From the NCBI GenBank assembly GCA_017654855.1, contig CM030336.1, positions 3,968,001 to 4,032,000 on the forward strand: a DNA stretch of 64,000 bases. Direction: 5' to 3'. The stretch is from Podospora anserina. Its lineage: Eukaryota. Made by a program: the position numbers and the translations under genes. The notes beneath the pieces were generated by a model. The model was not told the DNA's origin and ran no database searches. It saw only the letters and a program-made list of their open reading frames with translations. Below, one piece after another: positions 10,680 through 23,949 of this stretch. The number at the start of each line of letters is the position of its first letter. Position 1 is the stretch's first letter.

Positions 10680-11949
10680 GGCGGGCTAGGACTAGGAGAC
10701 TTTAGGCTTTGGTAGGGTAACAGAACAAGACCGCCAGGTCGGTCGGGGCGAATTGAAGGTGCGGGGGAGGTAGTGTGGATTATTGGGTTGGGTTACGACT
10801 ATGCTGCTACTGCCGAAGGAACGCGCAGAGCTGCAGGGACGGAGATACCATGTATTTATTCGCAGAGTATACTCCGTAAATGTTGGAAGCAGAGGAGCAG
10901 AGGAGTAGAGGGAGCAGAGGGAGCAGAGGGAGCAGAGAAGCAGAGAAACAGAGAAGCACAAGCACGTCAGACGGTGAAAATGGCGGGGCGGGGGACCAGG
11001 AGTGAGGAAGATGTAATGTGAAAGAAAGGCGAAGAGAAGGGTTTTAGAAGAGGCAGCAGGGGGGGTAAGACCTGAGGAGGAGTGAGTAACCCCTCAGGGT
11101 GTCGGGTCGTCTCCCGAATGGTATGCGTACTGTGTACCTGGGATGTGACTAACATGGAACCTTTGTCTCCAACACACAACGAACCCCTCCAACCATCCAG
11201 GATCCACGCCATCATCTGATTCAGGCCATTGCAGGGCAAAGGCAAGATAACGGCGACCGGCATCTCTGCCTCCCACCCAATAGCTGGCCGTCCTCAGCGA
11301 TGAACGCTACGTGGGAGGGCTGGACAGGCCTTGGCTCATGAAGTCGGTAGTGAGGTAGCATGCCACTCTTTAGTGTGGGGTAGGATGTAGCCAACGTCCT
11401 TCTCCGCACCGCTTGCCTAATGCTGCAAGGCAATCTCATGATTGCGCCCAAGGGGCGACTAAAGATAATTCTCAGTTTTGTGCTACAGAAACTTGCCATG
11501 GAAGACAGTTCCCTCAGTGTCATCAGTTCTAGGTCAAGCGGTGACGAGGAAGCACGGCAGCAGCTCGTTGCAACAAGCAGCACCCTTGAAAGTTGGACGT
11601 TGAATTGCAGAAGCACAGGCCACACCAGTCCCCACCTTGTCCTCGACCTCTTTCGGCCTAGCCCCCCCGCCTCATCAGACAAGGCTGCCGAACCAATCCC
11701 ACTGCTCAGTATCCTCAGGCTCCAGGCGGATGACGAGCCACTTGGAAGCTAATCGCCAAGATATACCTGACTGCTGCTGCCACGCGCCACGAGGCGAAAG
11801 CAACAACGACAGAACACCATCGAAACCACTTTCCATACGAAAACATTTGAAATTTGCTTGCATTTTGCATTCCGGCATCACCAGAACCTACCGCACTATT
11901 CAAATTCATCGCATCAGCCTCGGGAGAGAAAGGGATATCTAGGGCAAAA

Positions 11950-13331
11950 ATGGGTGACGTCCTGGTCGAAAGCGCTGCCAACAGCGTCCAGCCTCACAAG
12001 AAGAGCATCCCCTCCACCATCCCTAGCATCGAGAACTTCGAGGGCGTAACGACAGAGGGCAATGATGAGTACGAGAACCTCAAGCGGCTGCAACGGCAGC
12101 TGGAGTACATTCAGCTGCAGGAGGAGTACATCAAGGACGAGCAAAGGTAGCCGCTCGCACTTTCTGCAGTCGACGTGGGACAGGAGCTAAACCTTTTGGT
12201 GTTTTAGGAGTCTGAAGCGTGAGTTGGTGCGGGCACAGGAGGAGATCAAGCGCATCCAGAGCGTCCCGCTGGTCATCGGCCAGTTCATGGAGGCCATTGA
12301 CCAAAAGTAAGCACGCTTCATCCTCGACCCTCGACCAACCCAACTAACAAACCATTACCAGCACTGGCATCGTTCAGTCCTCCACCGGCAGCAACTACGT
12401 CGTCCGCATCCTGTCCACCCTCGACCGCGAGAAGCTCAAGCCCTCCTCCTCGGTCGCCCTCCACCGCCACTCCAATGCCCTCGTCGACATCCTCCCCCCC
12501 GAAGCTGACTCCTCCATCGCCATGCTCGGCGCCGACGAAAAGCCCGACGTGACCTACGCCGACGTTGGTGGTCTCGACATGCAAAAGCAGGAAATCCGCG
12601 AGGCCGTCGAGCTCCCTCTCACCCATTTCGACCTCTACAAGCAAATCGGCATCGACCCTCCCCGCGGTGTTCTCCTCTACGGCCCCCCCGGTACCGGCAA
12701 GACGATGCTTGTCAAGGCCGTCGCCAACTCGACCACGGCCAATTTCATCCGCGTGGTCGGGTCCGAGTTCGTCCAGAAATATCTCGGTGAAGGCCCCCGC
12801 ATGGTCCGCGACGTCTTCCGCATGGCTCGCGAGAACGCCCCGGCCATCATCTTCATCGACGAAATCGACGCCATCGCCACGAAGCGTTTCGATGCTCAGA
12901 CCGGCGCCGATCGGGAAGTCCAGCGTATCCTGCTCGAACTCCTCAACCAAATGGATGGTTTCGACCAGACGGCCAACGTCAAGGTCATCATGGCCACCAA
13001 CCGAGCCGACACGCTTGATCCTGCCCTTCTCCGTCCCGGCCGGCTCGATCGCAAGATTGAGTTCCCCAACCTTCGTGATCGCCGTGAGAGGAGACTGATC
13101 TTTACGACGATTGCGGGCAAGATGAGCTTGGCGCCAGAGGTTGACTTGGATAGTTTGATTACGAGGAACGATCCGCTGAGCGGCGCCGTGATTGCGGCGA
13201 TTATGCAGGAGGCGGGGCTGAGGGCGGTGAGAAAGAATAGGTACAACATTATTCAGAGCGATTTGGAGGATGCGTATAGCAGCCAGGTGAAGGGGACGAC
13301 GGATGAGAACAAGTTTGATTTTTACAAATAA
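11950..13331 (+). CDS. RPT3: 26S proteasome regulatory AAA-ATPase subunit 6B (Rpt3), ~421 aa
   Basis: Exons 11950-12146, 12208-12306 and 12362-13331. Walker A GPPGTGKT, Walker [36 protein letters not shown] and C-terminal HbYX motif FDFYK. Confidence 0.97.
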
Positions 13332-13958
13332 GCGGGGACATGAGGGGGGGGGGGGCGGAAACAAAAGGTTCAGGCTTACAACAGCGAAGATTGATGGCCA
13401 GGTGTGTTTTGGGGGGGGTGTGTGGCTGCTTTGCTAGAGGAGTCGAGATGCGTAATGTACAATATAAGTATGACATGGAATAGATGGCGTGTCTTGTCTT
13501 TTGCTGAGTTTTGGTTGGTGATGGTGTGAAATGGTGCAGTCTCCTTTAGGCTTCGGTGTCAGAGCCTGCTGATATTCTCCTCGTTACAACATTCCACAAT
13601 ACCAAGGTCCGAACGTGTGTCTGTCAGGGACAGGTGTCTACAATCATATCACTTTCAGGGGGGACTGGCAGAGTGTGTGACAAAAGTTTTTTTGATATCG
13701 TTGAATACCAACAACCCATTAATACTAGTAATACACACGAACCTCGCTCTTCTCTCTCGATGAAAAAAACTTTCACTTTCTCAACCAACGCTCAAGAAAG
13801 CTAGGAGGAAAATCATGTAAACGCTTCTTGAACCCACAGAAGATGCCAACAGCAGCAGCAGCAGCAGCAGTAGTAGTAACTCACACACACAGAAACACAG
13901 CAAAAAAAACAACCAAAAAAACCGGGTATATCCTCCGACAATCCACCAACCAACTAAC

Positions 13959-13991
<33 letters not shown>

Positions 13992-14677
13992 CACCAGTAC
14001 TCCCTCATCCTTCATCCCCGTGTGTCAGTAGTTAGTAGAAGAACCATCCTCTCTTCCCCCCCCTTTCATGGGCAGAGCAGCGAACAAGGCGCGAGAAGAA
14101 AAAAAGCCGTCTCTCCTGCTCCCCACCGCTTAGACTTTGAGAAAAAAGAAAAAAGAAAATAAAGCCCATCTAATGTATATCCGCCCCTAGTTCCCTCAGT
14201 TTGTTCCCCCAGAATTCTAGTTGCAGCAAGCAAGCAGGCAAGTTCCTGCGCTTTCTATGTATCCCTTTCCATCCCTCCCTTTCCACCCTCTTTTCTTCTA
14301 CAAGAAGAAACAAAAAAAAAAAGGAAAAAAAAAAAAAGGAAAAAGTGTATCACCCTTTTCCTCATTACTTCATTACCCATTACCCTCCACCCTACCCCCC
14401 TCTTTCTTTCTCGTTCTCCCGAAAATCCACATCTGGCTTTTCGTATAATCGCCAAAATAGTCGGAGAACCCCAAATGAATGGTGTGATGGTACAAATATC
14501 CCCGCCCCCCGCCCCCCTGTCTCATATCTTACAACCCCCTACCCCCTACCCCCTCCCCTTCCTCCCCCCAACAACCGCCCTAAACATCCCCTTCACCCTC
14601 TCCATCCTCTCCCTCTGCCTAACCTTCAACCACCCCTCCACCGTGACCAACTTCTCCTCAACAACAACAGGAACCTC

Positions 14678-15791
14678 CTAAGTCCCCATCGCAACCCCCA
14701 GTTCCAACAGCAGCTTCACAAACTTAGTATGCAGCTCCAGAAAAAAGTCCGGCATCCCCACCAGCTCCGCCAACCCCCTCTGCTTCAACGCCACCCCTCC
14801 CCCCGCCCCCGCAAACCCATTGCCCATACGTCTCGACAAACCCCCCATGCCCCCCGTTAGAAAACTACTCCTCTCATTATTATTACCCTGTTGCTGCTGC
14901 TGCTGTGGTGGTGGTTCGCCCATGGCAAAACTCCCATACCCCGGGCCAGGCATTATCGGACTCGAGGCGTTGCTACCGCCCGTCGATTCGGCAAGGGAGC
15001 GCTCGGCTTCCGCTTCGGCGAGGGCTTGGATCCAGGTTGCCATGTCCCTAAAGGCTGAGGCGACATACCCAAAAGTTTTCATGGCGAGGCGTTCGCGGTG
15101 GGTCGACAAGGCTAAAAAGGCGTACACCCGCTTATGGCCGCGGGCGTGCACATCTGGGATGCGGAAAATGTAGGCCGTGGTGTAACCCGCTGCCGGGTCG
15201 CCAAAGAAGATGGGGCCGCCTGATACGGCGTTGCCTACGCTGTGGGTAGTCACAAAGGCGGGTGTGATGGGTGAGGCGCAAGGGGTGGACATGGCTGACG
15301 GGTTGGTAGGTGAGGTTTGTGGCGCTCTAGGTAGAGTTTCTAGCGACAATGTCCGCAGACAAGAAGCCCGGACGATGGAAAAGGATGAGGGGGCCAGGGG
15401 TTCGTGGGTGGAGATGTACTCTAGGTAGTGAGTGTGTGAGTTCATGTTAGCCACCGAGCTGCTTTCGCTCGAGCGGGAGGCGACCGACGCTGCGGTGGGC
15501 GTGCGGCGGTGGGTTGGTCGGAGTGTTGGGTTGGAGGACTCATCCTCGGATGGGGTAGAAGAAGAAGACTGTGAAGTTGGTGGTGAGGTGGTGTTGTACA
15601 CTCTTGCGCAAGGCGCCTTGGAGCGCAAAGTAGGACCGCGTTCGGGTCGGGAGTCCGCCCCGACGCCGCTGCTTCCGGGTTGAAGTTTTGGTAGAGTCAA
15701 GGCGCAGTTGTCACACGGCCCGGCTCGGCGGGTCACATAATCATCATATGTCTTGCGGAAGGACGAGTCTTGCCGTGGTTTGGACTGCTGC

Positions 15792-15826
<35 letters not shown>

Positions 15827-16755
15827 TGAGTTGGGTGGTGCTCCTTCTGGTGGTAGCTGTGGGCTCTGTGGTGGTGTTTCCATCGCCGAACCGCCGAGAC
15901 CGCCAGATGAAGATGATGCTGCTACCTGCGCGGCACGTCGTAGGGCGGCCCTGTGGGTTTGAGCCTCTTGTTCGGTTGCTGGAAGTGACGAGCTGCGCTG
16001 GGCGTCTGCAAAGTTCATTCGTCGAAGCGCCTCCGTGATAGCGGTGGTGGCTTGCGTTGACTCTCCTCCCGGCATCGGAACGCCGGAGCGCGGCCGGTCG
16101 GGGCCTGACCCGGGACGGTCATGCAGCTCATCGTCATAGCATACGTTGCAGGGGACTGGCAGCCCCTCGGTGACCATCAGGGGCGTGGGCCCGTGAAGAT
16201 CACAGTAGTGGGCTAGACACAGCTGTAGGTGAGGAATTAGCATCGTGTCGTGATGAGGGCAGGCATGGCATGTGAAAAGGGCAGAGATGGATGAGAAAGA
16301 AGGAAGAGCATGGTGGCGTCGGGGGAGAAAGAAGGGAGGCGCATTTGTCAAAGAGACTCGGTTTCGCTGCTGATTGAGCCGAACGCGTTGGGATGGGACG
16401 CTTATGGGCTCGGTCTAATCCCATTGAATGAAACACCAGCACGTGGAGGAGTGGCCCAATGCCGATATTTGCTGCGCGGTGGCTCCAAAGCTGCCGGACT
16501 GCTGGGACTCTGGTCGGGAAGGCTGAGAGGCGTGGGGGTGCACAGCAGGAGACAGTCGAGAGAAGTCGTCCAAAGTGAGGCGGTGAACAGTTGTTGGGTT
16601 GCATTTGGAAGATGCGACAAGGGCAAACGGCAAGCACAGCATCAGGCATCGAATGACCATGCAGCCAGCCATGCATAGGGGTATGGGGGAGGAGAAGGAA
16701 GATTATGATTATGGGTGATTCTTGCGAGCGACGAGCAACTTACTATCGACGTCAT
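14678..16755 (-). CDS. LST7: Lst7/folliculin-like longin-domain protein (Rag/Gtr GAP subunit), ~518 aa
   Basis: Proposed 12-nt first exon 16755-16744 (ATG ACG TCG ATA|GTAAGT), intron to GCTAAT..CAG at 16223, main exon 16222-14678. Motifs LCLAHYCDLHGPTPLMVTE, VRASCLRTLSLETLP, GPIFFGD..GYTTAYIFRIPDVHARGHKRVYA and RGLAELVG..FFLELH. The first exon is less certain than the rest. Confidence 0.85.
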
Positions 16756-17256
16756 GACTGGGTGCTGAGAGTGGTAGGTAGCTTATCGCAAAAATCTCAA
16801 AAATATCATGCTGCTGCTGTTGTCGCCAACGAGATAGATGAAGGTGGTTTGCGACACGGGGCGCGCGGGTGGAAGGTGGGTTGTGGCGACAAGGCTGGCA
16901 GGTGGTTCGACTGAGGAAGTGTATGTTGTTGTTTTCGTTTTCTGTTCGCTGTTCGTGGCGGGGTGCTGGACCCTGTAACGATCGTCTTGCTCTCAGAATC
17001 AGAGGGCTGGTTGAGATGGTGAAATGATTGAATATCTCGGGGGGTCGGGGCAAGAGGTGATCAACCTCGGAGTGAAATATCGCGAGCCATGGCAGCTGTG
17101 GGATTTGCCGGGGGAGGGGTGGAGGGGGGAGTGCGGCGCCAACGATTCGTGATAATGATGATGATGATGATGATGATGATGCTGATGCTGATCAAGACCC
17201 CTGTAAGGTACTTTTGGAGGGTTGAGGTACTTTGGGGAAAGCGACCTAGCGTATCG

Positions 17257-17295
17257 ATAAGGTAAGGTAAGGTAAGGTAAGGTAAGGTGGTAAGG
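17257..17295. repeat. (TAAGG)n pentanucleotide repeat
   Basis: Directly visible, about 7 units with one interruption. Confidence 0.85.
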
Positions 17296-18779
17296 CAGCG
17301 ATAAGAAAAGCGTTGGCTAGGTGGCAGCAAACAGCGCCGGTGGTTTTCTGGGAGTAGTAGAGCCAATTGATCGCCAGTGGTCGAGATCTTGGGGAAAAAA
17401 AAGAACAAAAATTAGGTGATGCAGGGCTGATGGATCCCTCTTATTCAATCCTTCTGGAAGCGCGGCGGTTGTGCCATAGTGGAGTTGCTCTCAAATGCTA
17501 CGCCGAATTGGGGGGGGACCCCCCGGTTCTTCCGACCGGCACCAGGAACCGTGGTCCTTGGAAATTCACAGCCGGGAGATGTTCGAGGCCTTGTCCACCA
17601 TCTTGGCAGGTCCTTCCTACAAGAACAACACGAGAATGAAATTATATGTGATACCTACCACGTCTTGTCTCTCTCTCTCTCTCTCTCTCTGTTGCCCCCC
17701 CCCCCCTCTCTCTCTCTCTCTCTCTAGCTCTTCTCCTCTCCTCTAAGAAAAACAAAATGTCACCATCGGCCAATTGACCGGCCGCATTAGCTTGGTGTCG
17801 ACAGTGACAGTGACAGAACGATCCTGCCTGCACCCCGCTCTCTTCAAACTTGTCACTCACTCATCCAGTGCATATGCAACTGCTTCCCAAAATATCCTCC
17901 CCTCTCACAAAACCATCGGATGTCTTTTCTGTCTCTCCAGGCGAGAGCCCCAGCTGGGCTAGTGAGACGTTCATCTCCGTGTCTTAGTCACTAATACACC
18001 GGTCTGTGACCTGATTGCCGGGTTTCCACGTGGGAGAAATCCATCTGGACTGCTGCCCACCCCCCCCTCCCGGCTCCACGGGTTGATCAGGCTGATCTTG
18101 GTCTGCAAATCGTCAGCGTCTTATTTGTAACCTCTACGGGACACCATTCATCCGGGCCTCTGTTTTGGGTTGAACAGCATCGACAAAGTCCCTCGTGATT
18201 TTTGTCACCAGGTTAGTTCTCTGCCGGTTGAATTGCATCTCTCACCTACATATGTCGCACAGTAGCACCGTTACAAGCGACCGTTGACACTTGCACTCTT
18301 GCCGCCGTCGCCGCCGTCGCCGCCTCTTGGCCCTGAGAAAGTCCCCACAGTTCTACTCTCACCAAGTTGCGCCGATACTCACACCTCCCCCTTTAAGAAC
18401 AAGTTTCAAGTCCCTTACCCATGTCTAGCACGCGGCTCTCCTTTTCTTTCGTTTCTAATTCGGACATTCCGAATTGATGCCCAAGAAGAATTCCGCCCGA
18501 AACAACGGGAAACAGTTTCTTGACACGAACCGAAGGGGGGGAAGAGTCCACGAAACAGTCGAAACAATTTCAATCCTCGCCAAACATCCTGCTCATGCAG
18601 ATGAGAACATGGGGGGAGAGGGGCAGGGAAACGATTTCATCACCTCGATTTCATCACCTTGATTTCATCATCCCGCTCACACAACGCGGCTCGCTCGCAC
18701 TCGCTTATTTGTCTACTTCAGAACATACCTCTCTCTCTCCCTTGCGGTTACCATTTTTGATCTCTCTCAATCCCGTTTA

Positions 18780-18781
<2 letters not shown>

Positions 18782-18814
<33 letters not shown>

Positions 18815-18890
18815 AACCACGCTTAGGAAAATCTTGGTGGTGTGTGTGGGAGGAGGACACCACCACCAAAACACCCAACGTATCAAGAAC

Positions 18891-18923
<33 letters not shown>
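18782..18923. repeat. (CA)n microsatellite (18782-18810) and A32 homopolymer (18892-18923)
   Basis: Directly visible. Confidence 0.9.
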
Positions 18924-18925
<2 letters not shown>

Positions 18926-19264
18926 AGAGATATTTAAGCATCTTTTTAGCCTCTGCGCTTCTCCGGTCCGAAACCCACTTCTTCCCGTTGTCTGGGAATT
19001 GACCTACCTTCCATCACACCGTAGTAAAAAAGCAACCTACCACCTGCGACGCTCTAACGACGTCAACAAGGGTGAGTTATAGGTATTAGGTGCCGGAGCT
19101 AAAAAGGGAGGGGGGTGGTAATGCTAAGGTACAAAAAAACGTTGGATTATGATGCAGGGTGTTACTCTACTTTTTTGCTAGGTAGTTATATCCCGTCGTC
19201 GTCAACAGCACTCTGTCAACCAATGTCGTTGAAGCCTCGCCTCAAAAGAAAAAGACTAAAAACT

Positions 19265-19445
19265 CCACCACCACCACCACCACCACCACCACCACCTCCT
19301 CCTCCTCCTCCTCCTCCTCCTCCTCCTCCTCCTCCTCCCTCCTCCTCCTCCTCCTCCTCCTCCTCCTCCTCCTCCTCCTCCTCCTCCTCCTCCTCCTCCT
19401 CCTCCTCCTCCTCCTCCTCCTCCTCCTCCTCGTCCTCGTCCTCGT
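19265..19445. repeat. Compound (CCA)n(CCT)n trinucleotide microsatellite
   Basis: About 10 CCA units, then about 135 bp of CCT with one phase slip, ending in CGT-interrupted units. Confidence 0.97.
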
Positions 19446-20334
19446 GTTACTGAGAAGTCTCGCAAGCATCCCTAGAATCAACTCTAGCAGCCCCTCCCAA
19501 ATTCTACCGAGGGTGAACCTCCCCGAGGTTCTCGGGATATCTAACCTCGGGGACGACATCAGTTTGTTTTTGTTCCCGCCGCCCCACCCCCCCCTCCCAC
19601 CGACAAAGTTTTCTTTCCTGTCGGGATTCAACGTCGTTTTTTTACCCCGGATTATACAAAAATTCCTGGGAAGGACTCAAACCCCGGATATTCTGGCATT
19701 TTCCCCCCCCCATCTGCAACAGTGTGATGACAACAGGTATGGAGCCCAACCATGGATCCAGTCAATGCCAGTTTTATCCGGCCGACACCTTGGATTGATG
19801 GTACCCGGCTGGACAAACTTGACGGTTGTAATCTGTTATCTTGCCTTTCCAAAAAAAAAAAAAAAAAAAAAACAGAAAGAAAGAAATAGTGCTTTACTGG
19901 AGCGGTGGCTGTTGCTTGTTTTTCTTATCGTCATCAGCTCGTCATGACCATGTGAGCTGAAGTGAAATCAGTTCGTGATCTTTTATGTGCAATAGCGGCT
20001 ACAAGACAGCTTTTACTCCCCTGATGAGGTAGCTTAGACTTGAATGATATACCCAAACCAGGGCTATACGTAGTGTGCGTGGAAAAACTCATGGAGAATT
20101 CTGAATTATTCGCCAGAATGTAGGATGGTAAAATACAAAAACAACCCGGCCCTTTTCGAGGGCCAGGATTTGATCGTAGCTATCAAGGAGACATCTCTAC
20201 GTTCAAGGGGACGTCTTTCTTCGTTTCACTCTACTTCCACACCTTAGGGCACACATTGATGTCAAACTGTGAATCGTACAGAAATGTCAATGCAATAGCA
20301 CCTCTCTCCTTTCCTTTCCTATCCTATCCCCCAT

Positions 20335-20394
20335 TTCCTCATCCTATGCAACCACATCCCCCAATTCCTCATCCTATGCAACCACATCCCCCAA
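20335..20394. repeat. 30-bp tandem duplication
   Basis: TTCCTCATCCTATGCAACCACATCCCCCAA occurs twice in tandem. Confidence 0.9.
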
Positions 20395-20717
20395 AACCAT
20401 GCCGAATTACCTGGGTATCTAAAAGGAAACAAAAACAAGAGGAAAAAAAAGACAAAACCCGCCCCCATGTTGAATCATACAAAACTCGTCCATCCCATCC
20501 TACCCCCTCCAATAATTATAATAAAAACTCAAAACAAAAAGACAAAAAAACCATCTAACATGTATGCCTCCCCAAAGATATATATGCCCACCCATGCGAT
20601 GAAAGAAAACAGAAGAAAAAACGCTCAGACAAAGAAACAACAAAAAAAAAACACCGCCCCTATTATGCCCCCTTAAAATGCAATTGCTCCTCCTTCCCAC
20701 ACATCTACTGGAAAGTC

Positions 20718-22357
20718 TCAAGCAAAAGGATCCCTCCCCTCACTCTTCTCAAACTCAACCTCCACCCTCTTCTTCGCCGGCTCCCCCTCCCTATGATCAT
20801 CTTTCACCTCCTCCACCTCTACCTCCTCTTCTCGTCCCTGTCCCTCCCCCCCTCTCAACCCAGCAACAACCTCTCCACCACCACCACCACCACCACCGCC
20901 ATACCTCTCCACCCACAACTTCCTCAGCACCCCATAAATAAACTGATACTGCCCCTCCGCCTGCACCATCATCTTCCTCTGCTCCCTCAACTGATTCACC
21001 GTGTCGAAAATCAAATCCTCCCCCAGCACCATCCCCCCAATCTCACTACTCCCCCCCTCACTCCCCTCACCCTCCCCATCCCTATCCCTATCCCACTCCC
21101 CCCCTTCCCTCTTCCCCCCTCTTTCACTGACCGACCCGCGCCTCGAGTTGTTCGCAGCAGCAACCATCTCATCCCATTGCTCCAACACCCCAGCCTCCAA
21201 CTCCCTCATCAAATGCTCCAGCGCGATAAACGTCCCCGACCTCCCCACCCCAGCAGAGCAGTGCACAATCCTCGGATTATGCGGCCCCGCATTCTTCTCC
21301 CTCGACAAGCCCATCAGCGTAAAAAACGAGTCCAAGTCCTCCATCGCCGGGACGCCAAAATCCGGCCACTTTTTATAGAGAAAGTGCCAGAGAATCTTCT
21401 CCTCAACTGCCCCCCCCACCCCACCACCACTCGACGCACTCGATTCAGTAGGTGAGGGGACATAATCCTCCTCCAAAACAGGAACCTCGAGCGTGCCAGA
21501 CGACGAGGTGGCAGCACCAGGAGACTTCATCTTGACGTCCATATCCGCGTCCCTCTCCGTTTCCCTCGTCGCCGCAGAGCTCGGTTCAGGAGTTTTATCC
21601 CGTCCGTTGGTGAAAAGCCGGACCGGAGAGCGGGATTTCTTCCTGTTTTGTCCCCCGCCGCCGCCGCGGGAATGGATTGTAATGACCAGCTTGCGTAGCT
21701 CAATCGCGTCCCCTGCCGGGGTGGGCTCCAACCCGTCGCACCGGACCGTCGCCCTGAACCCATCCCCAAACTCATCCCTCTCGTTGATCTCAAGCGGGGG
21801 GTCTTCCTGGCTCCGTGGAAAGTAAGGAAAACACTTCTCCATGTGCCCCTCGTGCGTCTCGGTCAACATGACAATCACACCCGGCGATTCGACCTGTTCC
21901 ACCACCATCCTCCAGACGTGGTCCATCGAGTTTTGCTTTGGACCCTGCATGGCGATGTACCGGTCTGGTTCTCTCGGCCGGCCGCTGATGGGGAAAGGGT
22001 GCAGGACGATGGGGGAGGCGTTGACGTAGTCGAGTTTTCCTTCTGGGACCTGGAGCTTGATCCGGTGGTTGTGCCAGGGTTGGATGTTCATGTACCTGTC
22101 CAGTTTTCGGAGATGGGGCCCTTTTACGCGAGCCCAGCGGAAGTCGGGGGAGAAGCTGGACGAGTTTTCGTTTTCGAGGCCTTGTTGGATGCGCATTCTT
22201 TCGAGCCAGACCAGTTCGCCGAATTTGAATTCGATGTCTGACACAAACACAAGTTAGTGATGTGAAAAAGTCAGGGGGAGGAAAGGGAATTACTGACCTA
22301 TCTCGTTTGATTCCAGAAACGCGGGCATCTTCACCTGCTTTGGTACTCGCAACAATG

Positions 22358-22393
<36 letters not shown>

Positions 22394-22841
22394 GCTTCTC
22401 CTTCAGTTGTTGTTGTTGTTGTGGTACCTGCAGCAACTGCTGTCCACTCTCCCCATTATTCTCCCCAGCCGTCTGTAGCCCACTCGTATCCATCTTCAAA
22501 CTCAAAGGCGACACCGGCCTGCCATCAACCGAACCAGCAACCGGCGCAGTCGCCAAAGGTGAATGCGGCATCGACGCGGGAGGCGAATCGCGCGCCCGCT
22601 TCTGCGACCGGTGGAAAACCCGACTAAAAGGGCTGAGCTTCCCGCCAAACGGTCTCAGCGGCGACTCGGGCACCGGCAGAGGAAGATCGCCAGGTGGAGG
22701 GGTGATCTTTCCGGTTGGATCAGTCGTCGAGTTGTTGTTGCTGCTGCTAGGTCCAGCAAGACCGTTGGTTATCAGCGGGGGACCAGCAGGCAGCTCCTTT
22801 TTGGCCCGCCTGAACCGTGGGAGGTGGGCCATGGTTGGCAT
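20718..22841 (-). CDS. Classical protein tyrosine phosphatase (Ptp1-like), ~687 aa
   Basis: Exons 22841-22298 and 22237-20718. Motifs DRYMNIQPW, DYVNAS, YIAMQGP, WPD loop (KKWPDFGVP), catalytic HCSAGVGRSG and Q-loop MMVQAEGQY. The start could be 22841 or 22832. Confidence 0.93.
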
Positions 22842-23949
22842 GGATGGCGGTGAGCTGAGGAGGAACAGGCGCCGCTTGATGTGCTCCGTGGCGTTACGTG
22901 TTGGGATTACGGTTTCGGTTTGGCTGTGTGTATGGCACACAACACGAAGCAGTTCGGATTATTATTATGGAGATCGTTGTGGTAGGTAGGGTAGTGTTGA
23001 GGCGGTGACTGGTTGCGCAAGAGAGACAAAAAAAAGGTTAAAACGGAGAGGGGCGATGAAACGGTTACTCGAAAGGTGAGGAGAGACCAGTGGGCGAAAG
23101 GTGCGATGGAGGGGAAAAAGTGAGGCGGAGGAGGGGACGACGAGGTAATATGTCGGGCGGTGGCGGCGACGAGGGGTAAAATAGGTCGATCTCTTTTTCA
23201 CCCCCCGGTATTACTTGCAGTAGGTGAGCAGGTCACCTCTTTCGTCGGAGCCCTTCTTGTTGTTGGGTCGTCTCTTTGAAGATTAGATCAGAAAAAGGGG
23301 GCCCCAGGACAAGGCTATTGTTTGTCCCTGACCCGGCCGGGAGCAAGCGAGTTTCTCTCTCTCTCTCTCTTTTGAGGAAGGTCAAACAGGAGCCTCTGGA
23401 AGGAAGGTGACGTTTTTGTTACTTGTCGCAAAGGAGACTGATGACTGGTCGGAAATGTTGCGCTTCTGCATCTTTTTCTGCAACTGACTTGGACGCCCAG
23501 AGGCGGCTGCACAGCGGGTGCTTGCAAATCCCGCTCCAGCGCTGAAATTAGCGGCAGCAGTGGACCCCCTTTTCATGGGTTAATTTTCCTTTGGAATTCC
23601 CACAGAAGCTCACCAGTGGGTGTTGGTGACCGGGGCCCTGGCCGGCTTTGCGGCTGGTGAAGAGGCCAATGAAACCTCACACCAAGCGTCATATCAGACG
23701 GATGATAATGGTATCCTACCTCGAGACACCCGTCAGGCACATCTGCCATGGCAATGGACAGCCCTGACTTGCTAGTCCTCTCACTGCATATGCAGCTGAC
23801 GTGCTAACAGCCTCACGCCATCCCCTCAGTCAACAGATCGACATTGTTCTGTTGGCCACATAATAAAACAGAGAGAATTGGTCACGGACAGGTCAATGTG
23901 TGAAAAAAGGTCACCTGTGTCTCTACAAGACCTTGATCTTGTCCCTGCT

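Noticed and set aside
11221-11752. Overlapping 153-aa (-) and 110-aa (+) ORFs between the small gene and RPT3
   Set aside because: No recognisable motifs or codon bias; probably promoter DNA.
16223-16351. ORF-track N-terminus of LST7 (MTNAPPFF...)
   Set aside because: It starts at a non-ATG codon and contains a clear branch point plus acceptor (GCTAAT..CAG), so it is intronic.
19115-19631. Poly-P/S, poly-R/E and poly-G ORFs
   Set aside because: They are translations of the CCA/CCT microsatellite.
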